From contig NW_027191406.1 of NCBI RefSeq assembly GCF_041146345.1, positions 1 through 64,000 of the forward strand: DNA of 64,000 nucleotides, in the 5' to 3' direction. Made by a program: the position numbers and the translations under genes. A model generated the notes under the pieces. That model made no database searches, was not told where the DNA came from, and saw nothing but the letters and a program-made list of their open reading frames with translations. This document shows positions 58,375 to 64,000 of the stretch, in pieces; positions within the stretch are counted from its first letter, which is position 1, and every line of letters starts with the position of its first letter. The DNA comes from Neodothiora populina (taxonomy: Eukaryota).

Positions 58375-58880
58375 ATGGCAATTACTACGCTGAGCCAAGA
58401 GGAAGTGGCCTTCATTGCAGCACTCTTTGACAGAGAGACCCCAGTGAAGGTAAGTGTACCACTTCTCACAGTCATCCACTAGGTGCTCTTGCCCCATCCG
58501 TATTGCCATTCCATCAAGGAACAGGCTCTCATCGGTGGTTTTCATGCACTATCGTCCTGCAACATGCGTTCTGACATGACTCTCACTAGGTCAACATGGA
58601 CCTCATCGCACAAAGGGGCGGTTACTCCACAAAGGCAAGTGCCAACACAGCCTGGTGGGGGCTACGCAAGAAGCTGGGGATCATAATTCCCCCTTCGGGC
58701 CCTTCGGGAGCCAACATGGTTCCAAAAAGGCAAGTCAACCCAGGCACCGTGGGAATGAAGGAGGGGACCGAAACCAGGGAGATCGGAAAGGAGGGCACCG
58801 AGGCCAAGGAAGTGACAGGATACGACCCAGAGGTTCTGGAGGCGGCAGCGATTCTCATGAAGATGAAGAACGCAGGCTAA
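58375..58880 (+). CDS. Small fungal Myb/HTH-like protein (~121 aa), 2 exons
   Basis: Exon 1 MAITTLSQEEVAFIAALFDRETPVK; intron 58450-58589 (GTAAGT...CTGAC...TAG); exon 2 VNMDLIAQRGGYSTKASANTAWWGLRKKL...EVLEAAAILMKMKNAG*. Confidence 0.7.
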
Positions 58881-60324
58881 TTCCAGGGTCATAAACAAAC
58901 ATCACAACAAGTTGGAGATGGCCAAAGCCCCCGCCACGACCGACCCGCTACACGTTTCTTCCAGTTCAGTGTGTATGACTGGACAAAGGGCCAGTCAGTA
59001 ACCCCAACCTGCCCCCATCGAGATCGCGGTCCAAGCAGAGTGTGACCAACATGTAGTGGCTTGTAGGATTGGAAAGTGCTCCACGGTAGATACGTCTTCT
59101 ACTCACTTTCCTCAAGGGGGATGGGTAGAGGCTTATCACAGATTTCAACGCACCGTCATTTCACTCCCATAAACTCGACTATGGCGCCGTACTCATCCCA
59201 GCCTCACCAGCTTGCTTCAGCTGTACCACATGAATGCTTCGCATAGACAATTATATACTGTATCTGTGATCTTTTCAAGTTTCATGCATCTCATACTGAC
59301 GACTGGATTTCTTTCTTTTTTTCTCATGTTGACTTGATCTATGTCGGTGAGAAAGACTACCCAGCTATGAGTGATCGATGAGTCGTTGACGTCCATCACT
59401 GATTCATCGGGACATTGGGCCTTCTAGGCGTCAGTATTGACTATGGTACTGTATGAGTGTACACTGACTTGGAGGGAGTATAGTAGTGCACTCCTATTGA
59501 TGTGTTGGAATTCCACAAGATAGCTGACGCCGAGGACACCATGTACATTTGTATGTATGCCACTCTCGACATTGTAAAGTCGACATCGAAAGAAACAAAC
59601 ACACGAATGGCGATTAGGAGAAGAGAATAAGATGCAGATGAATTGATTTCGGAATTTGCAGTCGTGAGTTTCATCTCTCTATGGAAAAAAAAGGGTAATC
59701 TATAAGTATGCTATGGTATGCTATAACGCCCCGATCCTTAACCTTTCTATGTTCGCTTTATTTATATTCGTGTGATGATGTCCGAGAATCGGTGTACTGC
59801 CACATGATACTGCCAGATAATGCCCGGGTGCGATTGAAAACGCCGTAAACGATGATGCTGGTAAGAAGGACATCTTTTTCCTGTCGAGGTGAATCTTCTT
59901 GCGACATGTTCCGGTGTAGAAACCATGCGAAGCATTGCCTTATCGTATGGTTTGTCCGGTGCGGTTCGTGGTATTGCACAGCGGAGCTGCGCTGCTGGAG
60001 CTTCCTTTGATCTCACGGATGGTGACGATTGCGGCCTGTGCCACCCGTCAGTCTCCTCGGGCTATGCGGTCTTCCTCTCGGGGCGATGGCAAGAGAAACA
60101 CTTGCGGCGACGAATTTTCAGGCTCAGCGTGCCAAAAGACGACTGATGCCCGGCTTCGCCGATGCTCCACACATGTCTCGAAGATCTTGAATCCAATCGG
60201 TCGGTCAATAGCGGCAATCAGCTGCTGCTGCGACTGACTAGGCTTGCACGACGATACAGCGACGTACAACGTCCATGACTGCACTCGGACGCTCTCTACT
60301 CTCTTCGCCCCTCGGTGCCGATCC

Positions 60325-61260
60325 TCAAGTACCGCTGACCTCTTCTTTCATCTCGTCCTTCTTCTTCCACTCGTCAAGCGCCTCAGCAACAGGTTGGTTA
60401 TGCGTCACCTCGACCCATGCGAAAGCGTCGTGTAGTCCATAGCAGTCCTTGAGACGGGGATCCGCACCTCGCTCTAACAAAAACTTGACTGCATCCGCTC
60501 CTCCGTGGTAGGACTTGGCGGCATAGTTCAGTGGAGGGCCCCAGTGGTTGAAGAGCTGGACGTCAGTGTCCATTTGATTGACGGGCAGAGCGACCTCGTC
60601 GACCAGATACTTGACCATATCCATGCGTTTGGAGTGATCTCTGTTCTTGCTGGTGGCTGAAGCGCCAACGGCGTGATGTAATGTTGTCCTGCTCGGCACC
60701 GCCCCGCGCTCGAGCAGATGTTTGAAAGTGTCCACGGAGCCGAAAGTGGCTACGCTTTCGAGCACAGAGGGCTGTCGGTCGTCGATCTTGTTATTGTTCT
60801 TCTTCACTCTCGCTCTGTCTGTTGCATTGCTTTCCTCGACTACCGTGGCGCCGTGGTCTAGCAGCCAGTGCACAAGCGCTTCATCACCGCAAACAAAATG
60901 CAATAGACGTCTGCCTACACCAGGACCTCGATCGACTCGCTTGTTCAAGTCCCAACCGTGGGAAACAAGCGTAGAAACAAGATCTACAGATGGCGCTGTG
61001 GCTACAGTCCGCGGACTAAGTGTATCGAGAGGTGCTTCGCGGTGTGTTAGGACAGCTTCTGTCAGAGGTGTACTGCCTCGGTAGACGGCTCGGAAAAGGG
61101 CATCTTTGATCAGTTCTTGATAGGCGTATCGGGGCAAGGTCTCAGAAGCGCGACGCAACGCCTCGGATACCTCCTCAGGTGAGCTGTTGGTGAATCCATG
61201 TGCCAGTAGTCGGGATGGGTGGTGTGCGGCTGTGGTTGCGGGTACGGTGATTTGTGCCAT
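60325..61260 (-). CDS. Ankyrin-repeat protein
   Basis: LVSHGWDLN, WLLDHGA, HLLERGA, TTLHHAV and PPLNYAA...FLLERGADP repeats. Confidence 0.88.
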   Translation of the reverse strand: MAQITVPATTAAHHPSRLLAHGFTNSSPEEVSEALRRASETLPRYAYQELIKDALFRAVYRGSTPLTEAVLTHREAPLDTLSPRTVATAPSVDLVSTLVSHGWDLNKRVDRGPGVGRRLLHFVCGDEALVHWLLDHGATVVEESNATDRARVKKNNNKIDDRQPSVLESVATFGSVDTFKHLLERGAVPSRTTLHHAVGASATSKNRDHSKRMDMVKYLVDEVALPVNQMDTDVQLFNHWGPPLNYAAKSYHGGADAVKFLLERGADPRLKDCYGLHDAFAWVEVTHNQPVAEALDEWKKKDEMKEEVSGT

Positions 61261-63325
61261 GTTGATATGAGTTGGGAGTTTACAGAAAACAGAGACTAAT
61301 CTCAATTGTCACGGGCGAACGACCTACAAGTATCATCACATATAAATATACATCCGCAGACCAGCGTGATGGTTTCTTGTTATGTCACACCACTGTCATA
61401 TGTTACGTTGTCCGGCGCTCCGTCTCATCTCGTGGTTTAAGCGGCCGACACTAGATGGCACGACTGCCGCTTAGCGTAGTGATGTTCGCTGTTGATGTGG
61501 AGAAGGACGAGCGCAAAACAAGACTCACGACTGCACCTTATTTGTCGTTGGACGCAAATCGCAATCCGTATTTCGTCATCGCTTCGGTGTATCGCAGGTC
61601 TTCGGTGTCTGTATGTGTTGGATATGGGGGACGTTGTCCGCAATACCAATCACGTCGCGGGATGGCTTCCACGTTTTTGGCAAGGTGCAGCTGTAGGTAA
61701 TGCGGTGCCGGTAATTAGCGTGTTCCTTCTCTGGCTTGTTTTGAAACGGGAGACCCTGTCTTTCGCGAAAGAAGGAGCTGTGAAGCAATAATGCGGAACA
61801 GCACCCTGATGGATCGACATGCAGCGCAAGCTGTGCCATAGCTATGGTTGATGCTGTTGTTGTTGTTTTGGATAGCTGTCTAGCTACTGGAGTCCCTGTA
61901 AGCAACATACAAATTCCATCATGAGCAACCTCGGATCTCGCTAGGAGTTGTGGTGCATTGATATCGTCACATTGAGCTTCACCATCACTGACTCCGCACA
62001 TTGTCTCCAGCATTGAGCTAGTCGAGTGGGAGATGGGGTAGTCGAGGCATGAGTCGAGCATGACCAGTGAAGGTTCAGTGATGGGTAGCGTTACGTGCTG
62101 CACTAAGCTGTACGGTGTGTAAAGTCAGCGGCATCAGCTGGCATGTTGTACAGAATTGCTAGAGCTTCAATCAGAGCACAGCGACTGACTCAGCCTTGGT
62201 CCTCTCATTTGATTGGAGTCATTTCTCGACAGCACCCAGACAATAGAGGTGCGGGGGCTCCATATTGAAGTTTTGACCTCCAGCTCATATCTGATATCAA
62301 GCACTTGCCGAGGTCATCAAAGATATAGTCTATTAGACAACCGACGTGGAATCGATGACTGGTATTGGTCCTATGTGCAGCCGGTGTAAACCCCGTAAGC
62401 GAAGTCGTTGTCGAGGTCTGTCTTAATGTGACTGTGACTGCGTTTAATTGTTGACAGATCACCGCCTGCTATTAATTTGACGGTGGTTAAGATGTCTCCT
62501 TGCAGATCTCATATCAAACAGATGGTCATTGAAGACGTGGGGTGCTGGGATTGGATTTACCGGTAAATTGGTCTGTCATGATATCGTTGCCGACAGCCCC
62601 AATTGCAGGCGCCAGCGGTTCTCGACGGGGGGGGGATGACCGAAATATTCACTCGATCGAACACGACCATGTCGATGTGATCGGGATCATTGCAGTGAGA
62701 TCAACCGGAGTAGACAAGCAGTAGGTAATCACCAATCTCTTTCGAAAGTAGTACAGCTTAGACTCCTTACCGAGGATACATGCGGCCGCATCACAGTGAA
62801 CAAAGGAAGGGATACAAAGCGGAGAACTCGAGGACATGATGCCTAAGGTAAGCATCGCGAGTCATGAACTTGCATGAATGCCATCAATATCTAGGCATAT
62901 ATACCTTTAAAAGGAGAAGGGTTTGTACTATCATTATCTACCTACAGAATGTAGCCACAATTCGAGGGAGCCAACCAGAGCGCCGGACTGTTTTCGAGGC
63001 AACTCATGTGCTGCTGCTGCTGATTGTTTTCGAAATTACCGCATGCATGCTTCAAGGCTGCTTCTGATACGGACATGTCCATGTAGACTATCGCCCAAGA
63101 CAAGTGAACAAAAGGCACTGCTGACCATAAAAATTGGGAGAGATTATCTCTGTGTCTCGATGATTGCAATCGTGATTTGTACTTATGAAAGTTACTTCCT
63201 GCTTGTTTTCCCAACCAGAAGGAAAAGACCTTGTTTCCCCAACCTCGCAGCAGAGTAAGAAAAGTTCATCACCACACATCCTTCAGCTCCTCTCACGAGC
63301 ATGCTCTGATGCCACTCCCATCCTC

Positions 63326-63646
63326 TTACTTCCCACTAACATCTCCCTTTCCCTCCGCAGCACCAGCACCCTTATTCGATCCAGCACCGGTGGTATCTCC
63401 GACAAAGCCACCGACACCCTTGGTCGTGTTCTCCAGCCCACTACTCGCGTCGCCCAACGTCTTTCCCACGCCTCTACCCACGGAGCCGACGGCGCCTCCA
63501 GCAGTAGACAGAGTGTTGTTCAGCACGCCGCCTGTCGTTGAGGCGAGACCTGAGGCTGTCGAGGTGACGCCTGAGGTTATGCTGCCGAAGAGGGATTTTT
63601 GCTGGGCGGGCTTTTGGTCTGATGGGGTTTCTGAGGAGGAGGACAT
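63326..63646 (-). CDS. Small Gly/Ser/Thr-rich hydrophilin/LEA-like protein
   Basis: 106-aa ATG-started ORF after an A/C-rich leader, with amphipathic Gly/Thr-rich repeats (GGAVGSVGRGVGKTLGD). Confidence 0.6.
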   Translation of the reverse strand: MSSSSETPSDQKPAQQKSLFGSITSGVTSTASGLASTTGGVLNNTLSTAGGAVGSVGRGVGKTLGDASSGLENTTKGVGGFVGDTTGAGSNKGAGAAEGKGDVSGK

Positions 63647-64000
63647 GGTTGGGTGGGTTTTTTTGAGGTGAGATTGAGTTGGAGGAGTATGTGTGTTGGT
63701 TGTTTGATTTGTTTTTTGTTTTGGTCTGAGTGTATATGATGGATATTTGATAAGTGGATGAATGAATTGATAGATGGACAGAGTCGATGGACAGAAGAAG
63801 ACACCACGGGACGAAAGATATAAAAGTGGAGAAGAAGACGAAGAGGGTGATTGAACAATGACGACGAGGAAGAGTCGTTGCCTTGAGATACCTTGCTTGT
63901 ACCATGTCTAATGCTTCTTTGACCTTCTTGATCCTTACCTCTTGACTCTTCCTTGTCGTCTGACCTCTATCTCTATCATGACCTTGCAGCTTCTACCTTT

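Overview
This is the left end of a filamentous ascomycete (Pezizomycotina) chromosome. A (CCCTAA)n telomere joins directly to a 5'-truncated, RIP-mutated non-LTR retrotransposon, whose 3' end is tandemly duplicated. An accessory subtelomeric block (~1.6-28 kb) follows. It holds a PDR-type ABC transporter, a nested solo-LTR structure, a GT90/CAP10-like glycosyltransferase, a GH43 hydrolase, a secreted beta-sandwich protein, a beta-lactamase-family hydrolase, an intronless MDR oxidoreductase, an NCS1 permease and a secreted bacterial-type solute-binding protein. From ~30 kb, core genes (NUM1/apsA, NSRP1-like, NOC3, NIP7) alternate with accessory islands: a head-to-head pair of disrupted genes, a DUF3433-type membrane protein, a small spliced Myb-like gene, an ankyrin protein and a small hydrophilin-like protein. 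Three non-coding signals stand out. At least four dispersed arrays share a degenerate unit held in strict 11-bp register (consensus ~A[G/T/C]TCATTGAC[C/T], partly 22-bp higher order). A 32-bp double-hairpin motif occurs in three copies. One LTR is flanked by a 105-bp duplication. All family calls come from motif recognition by eye; no searches were run.
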